Assembly: GCA_039630085.1 (NCBI GenBank)
Contig: JBCNVM010000002.1
Span: 1-64,000, forward strand
DNA: 64,000 bases
Source of the DNA: Candidatus Caldarchaeales archaeon
GTDB taxonomy: Archaea; Thermoproteota; Nitrososphaeria_A; Caldarchaeales; Calditenuaceae
Direction: 5' to 3'
Position 1 is the first letter of the stretch, and every line of letters starts with the position of its first letter. Positions 28,179 through 38,309 of this stretch are shown piece after piece. The position numbers and the translations under genes are program-made. The notes beneath the pieces are model-generated. The model was not told the origin of the DNA, did not search any database, and saw only the letters and a program-made list of their open reading frames with translations.

Positions 28179-28598
28179 TCACGTCACGGGTATCCTCCTA
28201 CCCGCTCCCTTCTTCCTCATCTTTACCTCCAGTATCCCGTTCCGGTAAACCCCTCTGACCGATTCGGTGTCGACGGGGTCCGGAAGCTCGAGGACCAGCC
28301 TGTAGCACTGGGCGGTCCTCTCGTAGCTCCTGCTCACCCTGACGCCGTACCTTATCGGCGCGTAGACGCTCACGCCGTGCTCGGAGACCTTCAGGTCGAT
28401 CTCCTCCTTCCTGACGCCCGGCATGTCGACGCTCAGGACGTACTCCTCCTCGGTCTCCCGGAGGTCGTGGAGGGGCAGGAGACACTGGCCCGCCCACTCG
28501 TCGTGCCGGAGCTCGGTGAGGAACTGCTCGATGTCCCTCGCGATCTCCTCCTCTATCTCCCTGATGACGTCGAAGATCGACCTCCGCCTCCTGTACAT
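28179..28598 (-). CDS. Small heat shock protein Hsp20
   Basis: DMPGVRKEEI, LPDPVD, YRNGILEV, C-terminal IPV motif. Confidence 0.9.
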   Translation of the reverse strand: MYRRRRSIFDVIREIEEEIARDIEQFLTELRHDEWAGQCLLPLHDLRETEEEYVLSVDMPGVRKEEIDLKVSEHGVSVYAPIRYGVRVSRSYERTAQCYRLVLELPDPVDTESVRGVYRNGILEVKMRKKGAGRRIPVT

Positions 28599-28676
28599 TC
28601 CCCCGGAATCGTTCAGGGGGCTGGAGATAACGGTGACGGGCGACCCTATATTCGGCTGAGGCCTCATCGGCGCGGG

Positions 28677-29537
28677 ATGAGGGAGGTCGACGAGTCGTTC
28701 CTCGCTGGGGTCATACCCCCTCGCAGGAGGAGCTCGAGGAAGGGCGAGAACGGGGTCGTGCTCTGCGTCGGTGGGAGCAGGCTTTACCACGGCGCTCCGA
28801 TCCTCATGGCCCTCGCGGCCTACCGGACCGGCGTCGACCTGGTCTACCTCGCGATACCCAGGGCCCACGAGGTCGCTGCGAGGTCAACGAGTCCTTCCCT
28901 GATCGTTATCCCGATGACCGACTACAAGCTGACCAAGCGCGTCGCAGACCAGGTCCTGAAGTGGCTCCCGGGCAAACCCAGCTCCGCCGCGATCGGTCCG
29001 GGCCTCTCGATCGCGAAGCCCGTCGCCCTCCAGTACCTCGTCGGTCAGCTGCTCTCGACGGGCGCGTCGGTTGCGCTCGACGCCGGCGCGCTCATCCCCG
29101 AGGTCCTAGAGGTGGTCTCGGGGAAGAGGGCGGTCCTCACGCCCCACGCTGGCGAGTTCAAGAGGCTCTTCGGGAGGGACCCGGGCCAGACGGTCGAGGA
29201 GAGGGCGAAGTCCGCGAGGGAGGAGGCCGCGAGGCACGGCGTGACCGTGCTGCTCAAGGGCCCCATCGACGTGATCACGGACGGAGAGGAGGTCCTGGTC
29301 AACAGGAGGGGTTCGCCGAACATGACCGTCGGCGGCACCGGAGACGTCCTGACGGGAATAGTCGCGGGCCTGCTGGCGAGGGGCATGAGGCCGCTCGAGG
29401 CCGCAGCAGCTGGCGCCTACGTGAACGGCGTCTGCGGCGAGATGGCGGAGCGCGAGGTCGGCCACCACCTCCTGCCCACGGACCTCCTCCCGCTCATCCC
29501 GAGGGCGATGATGGGGTTCGAGAGGACCGTCGACTGA
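28677..29537 (+). CDS. nnrD: ADP-dependent NAD(P)H-hydrate dehydratase, stand-alone
   Basis: SRKGENG..L.VGGS..YHGAP, IGPGL, LTPHAGEF, GGTGDVLTG. Confidence 0.92.
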   Translation: MREVDESFLAGVIPPRRRSSRKGENGVVLCVGGSRLYHGAPILMALAAYRTGVDLVYLAIPRAHEVAARSTSPSLIVIPMTDYKLTKRVADQVLKWLPGKPSSAAIGPGLSIAKPVALQYLVGQLLSTGASVALDAGALIPEVLEVVSGKRAVLTPHAGEFKRLFGRDPGQTVEERAKSAREEAARHGVTVLLKGPIDVITDGEEVLVNRRGSPNMTVGGTGDVLTGIVAGLLARGMRPLEAAAAGAYVNGVCGEMAEREVGHHLLPTDLLPLIPRAMMGFERTVD

Positions 29538-29538
29538 T

Positions 29539-31593
29539 TCAGGGCCTCGGCCTCAGCGACCTCAGGACCTCGCCGACGTCGTTGGTGGGGAGCCTGCAGG
29601 AGAACCCCTCGCAGAGGTAGAACGTGGGGCCCTTCCCGAGGACGGACTTGTCGGAGACCACGTCCCTGAGCAGCTCCGGCGCCCCTCCCTCCTTCACGGG
29701 CGCGAGGACCGCATAGGGGTGGCAACTCCTGTAGAGCCTGAGCAGGGTCTCCGCGTCCAGCGGTCCCCTCGAGACGACGAAGAGCTCCCTCGCGTTTCTG
29801 CTGAGCAGCGGGAGCTCCGCGACGAGGTGGGGGAAGCTCAGCGGGTCCTCCGATATCTGTCCGCTCAGCCTCCTCGCGATCGAGTCGGCCGCGTCGCCGT
29901 ACCTCCGATGTGCCGTCGCGTGGAAGAGACTCGAGAGGAGCGAGAACGCGAGCGTCGTGCCGGTCGGGATCACCCCCTCGTAGTTCTCCGGGAGGTTCGA
30001 GTGGGGCCCCTGCTCGTCCTTGGGCGAGTAGAGCACCGAGCCGTCCTCCAGGACGAACCTCTCCAGCAAGACGTCGGCCATCGAGGCCGCGAGCTCCAGG
30101 TACCTCTCCTCGCCCGTGAGGGACCAGACGTCGAGGGCCGCCCTTCCGACGGCGGCGTAGTCGTCCGACCTCCCCTCGAGCTCGCCCCTGCTCCCCAGCC
30201 AGTACCTCCAGAGCCTCCCGCCGTCGAAGAGGAGGCGGACCAGCGAGTCGAGGGTCTCCCGCGCCAGCGCCAAGTAGGCCGTGTCTCCGAGCGCCGCGGC
30301 GGCCAGCGAGATCCCCGAGACCGCGAGCCCGTTCCAGGACGCGATCACCTTCTCGTCCCTCTCGGGCCTGACCCTTCCGGACCTCACATCGAGGAGCCTT
30401 CGCCTCACGGCCTCGAGCGCATCGTCCGCGCTCATCCCGAACGCGGCCGCGAGCTCCGAGGGGTCTCCCGCGGCCATCAGGACGTTCCTCCCCGCCTCGA
30501 AGTTGCCGGACTCGGTCGCACCGAAGAACCTCGCGACGGCCCTACCCAGCTCCTCGCCGAAGGCCTCGATCAGCTCCCGATGGGTCCAGGTGTAGTAGCG
30601 GCCCTCCTCGCCCTCGGACTCGGCGTCGAGGGAGGAGCAGAAGCAGCCCGACTCGGACCTCAGCTCCCTGACCATGAACCCGACCGTCTCCCTCACGACC
30701 CTAGCGTACCTCTCGAGTCCGGTCAGGACGTAGGCCTCCGCGTAGGCCGAGGTCAGGAGGGCGTTGTCGTAGAGCATCTTCTCGAAGTGGGGGACCCTCC
30801 ATGCCCTGTCAACCGAGTACCTGTGGAAGCCTCCGCCGATCTGGTCCATGATCCCGCCCCTCGCCATCGAGTCCAGCGTCCTCACGAGGACCCGCCTCGA
30901 GAGCTGGTCCCCGGTGAGCGCGTGGTGCCTCGAGGCGACCAGAATCAGCCCGACCTGAGGGAACTTGGGAGCCTCCCCGAAGCCTCCGTAGTCCTCGTCG
31001 AAGAGCATCACGAGCTGGTCGAAGGCGTTCGCGACGGCCTCGTTCGGCTCGCCGGGCTCATCCCTCGGCCTAGGGAGCGAGAAGCTCTCCCTCACGAGCC
31101 TGTCGATCCTTTCTGCCTCCGCGACGACCTCCTCCCTCCTGTTCTTCCACGCGTTGATGACCGCGAGCAGCACCTCCTTGAGGCTCGGGAGGCCGTACCT
31201 AGGCTCCTTGGGGAAGTAGGTCCCGCCGAAGAAGGGCTTCAGGTCCGGAGTCAGGAAGACGGTCAGCGGCCAGCCGCCGGTCCCCGTCATCAGCTGGACC
31301 GCCCTCATGTAGTACTCGTCGACGTGCGGGTGCTCCTCCCGGTCGACCTTGACGGGGACGAAGTGCCTGTTCAGGAGCTTCGCGGTCTCCTCGTCCTCGA
31401 AGGACTCCCTCTCCATCACCGAACACCAGTGACAGGCGAGGTACCCGATGCTCAGGAAGATCGGCCTGTCCTCCTCCCTCGCCCTCCTGAAGGCCTCCCC
31501 GCCCCAAGGGTACCAGTCGACCGGGTTACGGGCGTGCCTCCTGAGGTACTGGCTCTTCGCGGCCGCCAGCCTGCTCGTCCCCTTCCTCTCCAC
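29539..31593 (-). CDS. YyaL/SSP411-family thioredoxin-domain protein
   Basis: [61 protein letters not shown]. Confidence 0.93.
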   Translation of the reverse strand: MERKGTSRLAAAKSQYLRRHARNPVDWYPWGGEAFRRAREEDRPIFLSIGYLACHWCSVMERESFEDEETAKLLNRHFVPVKVDREEHPHVDEYYMRAVQLMTGTGGWPLTVFLTPDLKPFFGGTYFPKEPRYGLPSLKEVLLAVINAWKNRREEVVAEAERIDRLVRESFSLPRPRDEPGEPNEAVANAFDQLVMLFDEDYGGFGEAPKFPQVGLILVASRHHALTGDQLSRRVLVRTLDSMARGGIMDQIGGGFHRYSVDRAWRVPHFEKMLYDNALLTSAYAEAYVLTGLERYARVVRETVGFMVRELRSESGCFCSSLDAESEGEEGRYYTWTHRELIEAFGEELGRAVARFFGATESGNFEAGRNVLMAAGDPSELAAAFGMSADDALEAVRRRLLDVRSGRVRPERDEKVIASWNGLAVSGISLAAAALGDTAYLALARETLDSLVRLLFDGGRLWRYWLGSRGELEGRSDDYAAVGRAALDVWSLTGEERYLELAASMADVLLERFVLEDGSVLYSPKDEQGPHSNLPENYEGVIPTGTTLAFSLLSSLFHATAHRRYGDAADSIARRLSGQISEDPLSFPHLVAELPLLSRNARELFVVSRGPLDAETLLRLYRSCHPYAVLAPVKEGGAPELLRDVVSDKSVLGKGPTFYLCEGFSCRLPTNDVGEVLRSLRPRP

Positions 31594-31767
31594 GTCCCAT
31601 CCGCCCGCTCCCCGTAGATAACGTGTTCCGGTCGACCGGGCATCGCGGAGGTCCCCTCTGGTGCCGGCGCGATGGCCCCTGAAGCTCCGAAACCTCCGAC
31701 CCCGACTCCTTAAAAACCGAAAATTCAGGTCATACGGCTTGTAGTTTCAACAACTAATCCGGCACCA

Positions 31768-31783
31768 TGTTGTTATGACAACA
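31768..31783. promoter_or_regulatory. Palindromic operator candidate TGTTGT-N4-ACAACA
   Basis: Perfect 6-bp inverted arms in an AT-rich divergent intergenic region upstream of the MFS gene. Confidence 0.5.
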
Positions 31784-31862
31784 GCGTTATCAGGCACCGA
31801 TTTGTAGTGTCCGCACCTTGCACGCTGGAACTTCTCAGGTGCTGAAGGCTGGGGCTCCGAGG

Positions 31863-33032
31863 ATGTGGCCGCTGGGCGCGCTGGGCTTCGTCGCGCTGAT
31901 AGACACCTCGATGATCTCGCCGGTGATCGCGTCCCACGCGCTGCTGCTGGGCGCCGACAGGGTCCTCGCGGCCACGATAGCCGGGTCCTACTCCCTAGTC
32001 GCGATCTTCACGACGATGGTCGCGGGCTACCTGGTCGACAGGCTCGGGAGGCGGAGGCTCTTGGGTGCGGGGCTCGCCGCGGACCTCCTCCTGATGTTCG
32101 GCTACGCGCTCTCTACGAGTCCGCTCCAGCTGCTCGCGGTCAGGATCGCCCACGCGGTCGCCGACGCCTTCGTCGTCCCGTCGGCCCTCGCGACGATCGG
32201 AGACCTGTTCCAGAGGGTCTTAGGCAGGTCGCTGGCGATCTACTGGACCTTCGTGGCCGTCGCGATAATCGTCGGGTCCGGGAGCGCGAGCGCCCTCGTG
32301 CTGAGGTTCGGGCACCCCAGCGTGTACCTGGTCGTCGCCGCCGCGATGGCCGCGACGCTGATCGCGCTCAGGTTCGGTGGTTACGCGCGGAGGGAAGAAG
32401 GTCGCGACGGACGCGGCCCCTACTGGGCCCTGATCTCAGCGCACCTCCTGCCGATCGCCCTCGCGTCGGCGGCCATGCTCTCGATGTACCTGGTCATAGG
32501 AGGGGTCATCGGCACCGCTCCGTCGGTGCTCGTGGAGAGGGGCGGACTCGACGAGAGGGGAGCTGCCGCGATGGTCGGGCTGTTCATGGCCCTTTCGACC
32601 GGGGTCGCGATACCTCTATTCTTCGCCGCGGAGCAAGTCGCCTCGAGGGTCTCGCCTTACGCGGGAGCGGCAGTCGGCTTGGTCGCGGCCTCCGCAGCTT
32701 CTTACCTCCTCGACGCGGGGCTGACCTTCATGGCGCTCTGGCACGCCAGCGCGGTCGCGTTCGGCGTCACCCTCGGCTTCGTCTTCCTGACCTCCTCGTA
32801 CATCGCGGTCTCCCTGCCCTCCGCGGTCCGGGGCACAGCCTCGGGGCTCTCTCAAGGGATGGGGCTGATGGGGGTGGTCGCGGGCTCGCTGATCTCGGCG
32901 GTCGTCGCTGGCCTCGACCTGCCGCTCGGGACGTTCACGATGATGGGCCTTCCCTCCCTGGCGACCGCTGGCCTGGCGGCTGCAGTCTTCGTCCGTCGAG
33001 GTCGCGGCGGGAAACCCGAAAATAGAGCCTGA
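31863..33032 (+). CDS. MFS transporter
   Basis: Motif A GYLVDRLGRRR, about 12 TMs, RGTASG. Confidence 0.9.
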   Translation: MWPLGALGFVALIDTSMISPVIASHALLLGADRVLAATIAGSYSLVAIFTTMVAGYLVDRLGRRRLLGAGLAADLLLMFGYALSTSPLQLLAVRIAHAVADAFVVPSALATIGDLFQRVLGRSLAIYWTFVAVAIIVGSGSASALVLRFGHPSVYLVVAAAMAATLIALRFGGYARREEGRDGRGPYWALISAHLLPIALASAAMLSMYLVIGGVIGTAPSVLVERGGLDERGAAAMVGLFMALSTGVAIPLFFAAEQVASRVSPYAGAAVGLVAASAASYLLDAGLTFMALWHASAVAFGVTLGFVFLTSSYIAVSLPSAVRGTASGLSQGMGLMGVVAGSLISAVVAGLDLPLGTFTMMGLPSLATAGLAAAVFVRRGRGGKPENRA

Positions 33033-33045
33033 GCCGTGTATTCCC

Positions 33046-33594
33046 GTGAGCACTAAGGTCTCGAAGGAACAGATCGAGGCCTTCGTGAAGACCTGGCTCG
33101 GATACGTCGAGTCGGAAAAGGAAAGGACCGGGCTCCCGATCGTGGGGGACGAGAAGAGCGGCGACCCGCTCTTCGTCGACCAGAGGGAGATCAGGCTCAG
33201 GTACCTCATCCCCGTCAAGAGGATCTCCCAGTTCTTCGAGGGCCTGAAGAGGAACGAGGTCCTCTACACCGAGTGCAAGAGATGCGGGTTCAAGTTCTTC
33301 CCGCCCCAGTCCGACTGCTCCAAGTGCGGCTCCAGCGAGATGGAGTGGAAGAAGGTCGAGGGCGAGGGCACGCTCCTCACGTACACGAAGATCCTCGTCA
33401 AACCGGCGAGCTTCATGCACTACGACGACTACATCGTCGGGATCGCGAGGATGAAGGAGGGCTTCAACGTCCTCGCGTGGGTGAGGGCAGGCGACGTCTC
33501 GGAGCTGAAGGTCGGGATGCCGGTGCGGCTCGAGGTGGAGAGGAGGCAGGAGGACAACTACTTCACGTACGTGCTGGTACCCCTGAGGTCTTGA
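33046..33594 (+). CDS. DUF35 Zn-ribbon/OB-fold protein
   Basis: FFEGL.....TECKRCG..FFPPQSDCSKCG, EGTLLTYT, LKVGMPV. Confidence 0.9.
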   Translation: MSTKVSKEQIEAFVKTWLGYVESEKERTGLPIVGDEKSGDPLFVDQREIRLRYLIPVKRISQFFEGLKRNEVLYTECKRCGFKFFPPQSDCSKCGSSEMEWKKVEGEGTLLTYTKILVKPASFMHYDDYIVGIARMKEGFNVLAWVRAGDVSELKVGMPVRLEVERRQEDNYFTYVLVPLRS

Positions 33595-34391
33595 CGCTCG
33601 GCCTGACGCTGAGCGAGTTAAGGTCGATCGTCGAGGAGGCGAAAGGGGTCCTCTCGGCCGAGCCCGCGGTCCTGAGGGTCAGGGCCAGCAGGGTCCTCGC
33701 GGTCGGGGACCTACACGGCGACATCGAGTCCCTGGAGTCGTCGCTGGAGCTGATGGACCAGTACGACGCGCTGCTCTTCCTCGGGGACTTCGTCGACAGG
33801 GGGCCCTACCAGCTCGAGGTCCTCGTGGAGCTGATGCGGGCGAAGGTCGAGTCCCGGGACAGGGTCCTGTTGATCAGAGGGAACCACGAGACCGCCACGA
33901 TGAACCACGCCTACGGGTTCTACCACGTCGTCGCGAGGAGGTTCGGAGCCGGAGCCTACGGCCTGGTGGCGGACCTGTTCTCGGAGCTCCCGATCTTCGC
34001 GGTCGTCAACGGCGAGACGATGGCCGTACACGGGGGCATACCGAGGGGCGTGGGCTCGGTCGGCGAGCTGATGGACGTCAGGAAGCAGGGCGAGGACCTC
34101 GAGGACGACGTTGTGATCCAGATGCTCTGGAACGACCCCGACGAGTCGATCGAGGACTTCGGGCCGAGCTGGAGGGGCCCCGGGATCTACACCTACGGCA
34201 GGCGCGCGGTCTCGAGATTCCTCTCGGCCTCAGGGCTGAAGAGGATCGTGAGGGCCCACGAGCCCGAGCTGAACGGCCTTCGGTTCAGCTTCGGCGGGTC
34301 CGTGGTCACCGTCTTCTCCTGCAGGCACTACGGGATCTCGCCTGCGGCCCTCGAGCTGGGCCCCGACGGACCCAAGAGGGTGCAGCTGTAG
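33591..34391 (+). CDS. PPP-family Ser/Thr protein phosphatase
   Basis: GDLHG, GDFVDRG, RGNHE, HGG, LWNDP, RAHE. Confidence 0.92.
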   Translation: MTLGLTLSELRSIVEEAKGVLSAEPAVLRVRASRVLAVGDLHGDIESLESSLELMDQYDALLFLGDFVDRGPYQLEVLVELMRAKVESRDRVLLIRGNHETATMNHAYGFYHVVARRFGAGAYGLVADLFSELPIFAVVNGETMAVHGGIPRGVGSVGELMDVRKQGEDLEDDVVIQMLWNDPDESIEDFGPSWRGPGIYTYGRRAVSRFLSASGLKRIVRAHEPELNGLRFSFGGSVVTVFSCRHYGISPAALELGPDGPKRVQL

Positions 34392-34394
34392 GAA

Positions 34395-35273
34395 TTGAGG
34401 CTGAGGGATGTCCTGGACCCGAGGGCCCTCGCGGACTCGCTCTCAGCCGGGGTTAGGTTCAGGAGGGCGTTCGCGGTCTTCGGCATCGCGGCCGCGCTGG
34501 TCGCGACCTCCGGCGTCGTCAACACGGTCCTCCTCACCGAGTGGGTCTACCCTTTCACATCGTTCAGGGAGATCGTCCTGCCCTTCACCTCCGCGAGGGA
34601 CGTCGCGTTTGCCTCGGTCGGGTACCTCGTGATGGGGACGGTCGTGGTCACGTTCACGCTGGCGGCGTTCTCCTACACCTCGGGCAGAAGGGGCTTCTCC
34701 GCGGAGCTGGTCTCGGTGGTGCTTCACGCAACGGCCTTCGTCGCGCTGGCCTCCGCGCTGGTCCTCGCCTACGGACTCGTCGCCGAGCAGAGGACCTTCT
34801 ACGTGGTCGGAGTCGAGGTCGAGGGCTTCAAGGCCGAAAACGTCACCTACGCCGGCCAGCTCGTCGGGAGCGCCGAGGAGGTCAGGGGCGTCGCCGATGT
34901 CGCGAGGGCGAAGAGGCTCGAGATGAGGGTCGAGCCGGAGGACGTAAGTTCCCTCAGGGACGGGAAATTCAGGGAGAGGGTGGTGCTGAGGGGGCTTGCC
35001 GTGAGGGCCAACCGGACCGTATTGGAGGTCGGCGACGTCGTGGTCAGCTCGATCAGGTACGACCTGATGTCCTACGAGTCCCTCGAGTCCGTGGACTTTG
35101 TCCCGAGGGTCCAGAGGGAGCCCGTCTCCGCAGCGATCTCCGTCGGCGGCTGGATATCGATGGTCGTCCACTCTTGCTGGACGCTCAAGATCAGGATGAG
35201 GGCTGGAACGCGCTGGGCCGTCGGCGCGACTGCTGCTGTCACGGCCGTCCTGCTGATCCTCGGGATCCTGTGA
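34395..35273 (+). CDS. Hypothetical membrane protein with a large beta-rich loop
   Basis: Hydrophobic segments flank a soluble domain; typical codon usage; operonic spacing. Confidence 0.65.
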   Translation: MRLRDVLDPRALADSLSAGVRFRRAFAVFGIAAALVATSGVVNTVLLTEWVYPFTSFREIVLPFTSARDVAFASVGYLVMGTVVVTFTLAAFSYTSGRRGFSAELVSVVLHATAFVALASALVLAYGLVAEQRTFYVVGVEVEGFKAENVTYAGQLVGSAEEVRGVADVARAKRLEMRVEPEDVSSLRDGKFRERVVLRGLAVRANRTVLEVGDVVVSSIRYDLMSYESLESVDFVPRVQREPVSAAISVGGWISMVVHSCWTLKIRMRAGTRWAVGATAAVTAVLLILGIL

Positions 35274-35985
35274 CCCTGCCCGACCTGTCGATCTCTCCGG
35301 CCCTGACTCTGGTGCTGGAGACAGGGAGGCCGTCCTCCGCGAGCACGACGGGCCCGACCTCCACGGCAATCGGAGGCCTGCTCGAGGATGACCGCTCCGC
35401 AGCGATCCTGAGGCAGTTCTTGATGGTGAAGGGGCTCCCCACGACGACGTCGAAGCTCTCGTCGGTCACCGGCGGCCCGAGGGGGTCGTCGAGCTCGCCG
35501 ATCTCGCACCTGCCCGCCCAGCCGTGCCTCCTCACCGCCTCCTCCAGCTCCCTCCTCCGGTCCTCGTAGCTCATGATCCCCCTCTTCCCCATGCTTACCG
35601 CGAAGCCGTCGGTGACCAGCCCGATGAAGACCCTCTCGGCCTCCCTGAAGGCTGCGTTGAAGAGCGCGAGGTGTCCGACGTGGAGCCTGTCGAAGGTCCC
35701 GCCTATTCCGGCCCTCCTGTACCTCGGCCTGACGTGCCTGCTCAGCCTGATCTCGTCGAGGACCTCGTCCCACCAGAGCCTCGAGGACCTCAGCAGCACG
35801 AGCCCCACGCCCCTCGGCACGCCGAGCGCCCTCGAGAGCGCCTCGTGGTCGACCTTTGGGTTCGTGACGGCGATCTCAGCGGCGAGGGCCCTGAGCTCCC
35901 TGTAGTTCGGCATCGACCTCACGGCCTCGAAGAGCACCGAGTAGAGCAGCTCCGCCGACGCCGCCCTGCTCCGGTTCCCGGGCAA
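35239..35985 (-). CDS. coaD: Phosphopantetheine adenylyltransferase (archaeal type) with N-terminal extension
   Basis: GGTFDRLHVGH, YEDR, DPLGP, VLAEDG.PVSSTRVRAGEIDR.G. Confidence 0.85.
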   Translation of the reverse strand: MPGNRSRAASAELLYSVLFEAVRSMPNYRELRALAAEIAVTNPKVDHEALSRALGVPRGVGLVLLRSSRLWWDEVLDEIRLSRHVRPRYRRAGIGGTFDRLHVGHLALFNAAFREAERVFIGLVTDGFAVSMGKRGIMSYEDRRRELEEAVRRHGWAGRCEIGELDDPLGPPVTDESFDVVVGSPFTIKNCLRIAAERSSSSRPPIAVEVGPVVLAEDGLPVSSTRVRAGEIDRSGRVTGSRGSAGRP

Positions 35986-36074
35986 TCCGGCCCACCACGA
36001 CCTCCCCTCACGTGAAAAATCCTCCTTTCGGAGGGGAGTTAGGCATTTTACCGGAGTTCCGGTCAGGGAGGTGG

Positions 36075-36959
36075 ATGAAGGGCCAGCGCGAGATGACCTT
36101 CCTCGAGCACCTGATCGAGCTGAGGAACAGAGTCAAGGTCGTCATCGTCTCGTTCGTGGTCGCACTGGTCTTCTGGCTCGCCTTCCCCAAGGACCTGCTG
36201 GCCCTCAACCCGAACCCCGAGGGCCTCCTGACCGGTCAGTACGTCCCGGTCATCAACCTGGTCCTCGAGAGGACGCTCCAGCTCGCGGAGGGCAGGGTTA
36301 AGGTCATCGCGGGGACGCTCACCTCGCCGCTGGAGGTGTACTTCATCGCGTCGGCGCTGATGGCCCTCATCACGGTCTCCCCCGTCATCGCGTACGAGCT
36401 CTACATGTACGTCGACCCGGCGCTCTACCCGCACGAGAGGAGGCTCGTCTGGGGCTTCATGGCCGCCTTCGTCGGGCTCTTCGCCTTCGGTGCCACCTTC
36501 TGCTACTTCGCCGTGATGCCGCTGGTCATCAGGTTCATGCACATCTTCGCGGAGATAGTGGGCGCGGAGTTCGTCGTGACGGCTGTCGACTACTACTTCA
36601 TGGTCTTCGCGACCGTGGCCCTCATGGGTTTCCTCTTCACCATACCCGCGGTCTTCGTCCTCCTGGTCAGGCTCGGGGTCGTTAGCACCTCGATCGTGAC
36701 GAAGAACAGGCTCTACGTCTACGGGCTCCTCTACATCGCGATCGCACTCATCACGCCGGACGGCTGGCTGGTCGCGAACACCGTCCTCTTCCTGCCGATG
36801 GTGGCGCTGACGGAGACCGCAGTCCTGATCGCGAGGAGGTTCGAGAGGAGGAGGGAGATGGAGGCGAGGGGGCCGCCGATGAGGGACTGCAAGTTCTGCG
36901 GGTTCAGGATGCCCGAGGACGAGGCCTTCTGCCCGAGTTGCGGCAGGGCTCAGGAGTGA
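36075..36959 (+). CDS. tatC: Twin-arginine translocase TatC with C-terminal zinc ribbon
   Basis: MTFLEHLIELRNR, YVDPALYPHER, ITPD; ends CKFCG....CPSCG. Confidence 0.92.
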   Translation: MKGQREMTFLEHLIELRNRVKVVIVSFVVALVFWLAFPKDLLALNPNPEGLLTGQYVPVINLVLERTLQLAEGRVKVIAGTLTSPLEVYFIASALMALITVSPVIAYELYMYVDPALYPHERRLVWGFMAAFVGLFAFGATFCYFAVMPLVIRFMHIFAEIVGAEFVVTAVDYYFMVFATVALMGFLFTIPAVFVLLVRLGVVSTSIVTKNRLYVYGLLYIAIALITPDGWLVANTVLFLPMVALTETAVLIARRFERRREMEARGPPMRDCKFCGFRMPEDEAFCPSCGRAQE

Positions 36960-37282
36960 CGGGCCTGGGCGCGGAGCCTCTCCTTGACCTTCCGGATCGA
37001 GCCCGAGGCCGTGACGACGTCCAGCGCGACCGGCACCCCGCCGACCTCCGAGACGCTCGAGGCCGCCAGCACGACCCTCCAGACCGAGCTCAGGGAGCAC
37101 CTGAGGACCAGCTCGCCCTTGGACTCGTCGGACCAGGCCAGCTTCAGGTTCGCTCTGGCGGACTCGATCTGACCGTAGAGCCTCTCGAGGGCGTTCAGGA
37201 CCGCACCGTGGACCGCAGCAGGGTCCGGCGGGTCGCCCCTCGACCTCACCTTAACCCCCAGGTACCTCCTCTTCGCCCTCAA
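36950..37282 (-). CDS. rnp2: RNase P protein component 2 (Pop5/Rpp14)
   Basis: KRRYL at the N-terminus, LYG, SGSIRKVK at the C-terminus; adjacent to rnp3. Confidence 0.88.
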   Translation of the reverse strand: MRAKRRYLGVKVRSRGDPPDPAAVHGAVLNALERLYGQIESARANLKLAWSDESKGELVLRCSLSSVWRVVLAASSVSEVGGVPVALDVVTASGSIRKVKERLRAQARHS

Positions 37283-37940
37283 CCGACCACACGCCCCTAG
37301 GGTCAGAGAGCCCCGAGAGCCTCCTCGCGTTCTCGATGACGATCGCCTCGGGCAGCCTCGAGACCGAGTCCAACGCCAGCTCGGGCCTGAAACCGGTCCC
37401 GGTCAATAGCGAAGCCAGCTGGACCGGCCTCCTCATCCCGAGCCAATCGGATGCCCCCGAGGTCACGACGACCCTCACCCTCCCCCTCTCGATCCACCTC
37501 GAGGACCTGAAGAGCCACGAGGCGAAGGAGCGCGGGTCCCTCAGGAACTCCGCGAGCCTCAGCTCGACCGCGTTCCTAGCGACCTCGGCGACGTGCCCGT
37601 CGATCGGGATCATCTGCTCCACGGGCGCCACCACTAGGTCCACCCTCGAGTCCCTCAGCGCGGCCATCAGCACCTCCCTGCTGAAGGCCCTGACCGCGAC
37701 GACGTGGTGCCTCCACCTAGCCCTCCTCAGCTCGACGTAGAGCTCGTTTACGGACCTCGGCAGGACTGTGATTCTGCTGTAGACCTCGACGCCGCGGGCG
37801 ACGTCCCGGAGCCCCTCGACCCGCGAACCTGTGAGCTCGACCGCGACGCCCTTGAACCCGAGGGACGCGGCGGTCCCGACGAGCGACTCGGCCTCAGTGG
37901 AGGAACTCGCGATCAGCCCGACGTCGTAGTACCTCCTCAC
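37251..37940 (-). CDS. rnp3: RNase P protein component 3 (Rpp30)
   Basis: YD, LGFKGVA, AALRDSRVDL, VVTSGA....MRRP; conserved gene order. Confidence 0.85.
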   Translation of the reverse strand: MRRYYDVGLIASSSTEAESLVGTAASLGFKGVAVELTGSRVEGLRDVARGVEVYSRITVLPRSVNELYVELRRARWRHHVVAVRAFSREVLMAALRDSRVDLVVAPVEQMIPIDGHVAEVARNAVELRLAEFLRDPRSFASWLFRSSRWIERGRVRVVVTSGASDWLGMRRPVQLASLLTGTGFRPELALDSVSRLPEAIVIENARRLSGLSDPRGVWSVEGEEEVPGG

Positions 37941-38308
37941 GTCCTCTGCCTCCGGACCTCGACCTTGATCGCGTCCCGCTCCGAGAGGACCAGCTCGCCT
38001 AGGTAGGCCGCCTGCTTGCCGAGCCTGATGTGGACGACCTCCTGCGATCCGAGGGTCTCGGTCCTCTCGGCGACGTAGTGCTCGGGCAGGAAGGAGAGCA
38101 ACCTCCCCGCCACCCGCTCCGCCTCCTCGCCCCTCAGCTCGACCTCGACGACCGAGAGGGGCTCCCCGAAGATGCCGGTCGTCCGCGTCCAACGGGCTGC
38201 GCCGCTCGCGTCGACCCCCAGCGCGTTCGATATCGCCCTCAGGACCTTCTCCTCGGACTCGGTCGCGTAGCAGATCGCCCTCGCCGTGACGGAAGTCGCC
38301 CTTCGCAC
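37937..38308 (-). CDS. DUF54 RNA-binding protein
   Basis: YATESEEKV..A, G.FG.P, IRLGKQAAYLG; usual neighbour of rnp3. Confidence 0.85.
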   Translation of the reverse strand: MRRATSVTARAICYATESEEKVLRAISNALGVDASGAARWTRTTGIFGEPLSVVEVELRGEEAERVAGRLLSFLPEHYVAERTETLGSQEVVHIRLGKQAAYLGELVLSERDAIKVEVRRQRT

Positions 38309-38309
38309 C

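Noticed and set aside
8127-31617. Many long antisense or alternate-frame ORFs (e.g. 8127-9428, 16872-18098, 25126-26361, 29719-31617)
   Set aside because: Arg/Pro/Gly-rich shadows expected from high GC3 codon usage; each overlaps a gene with clear family motifs.
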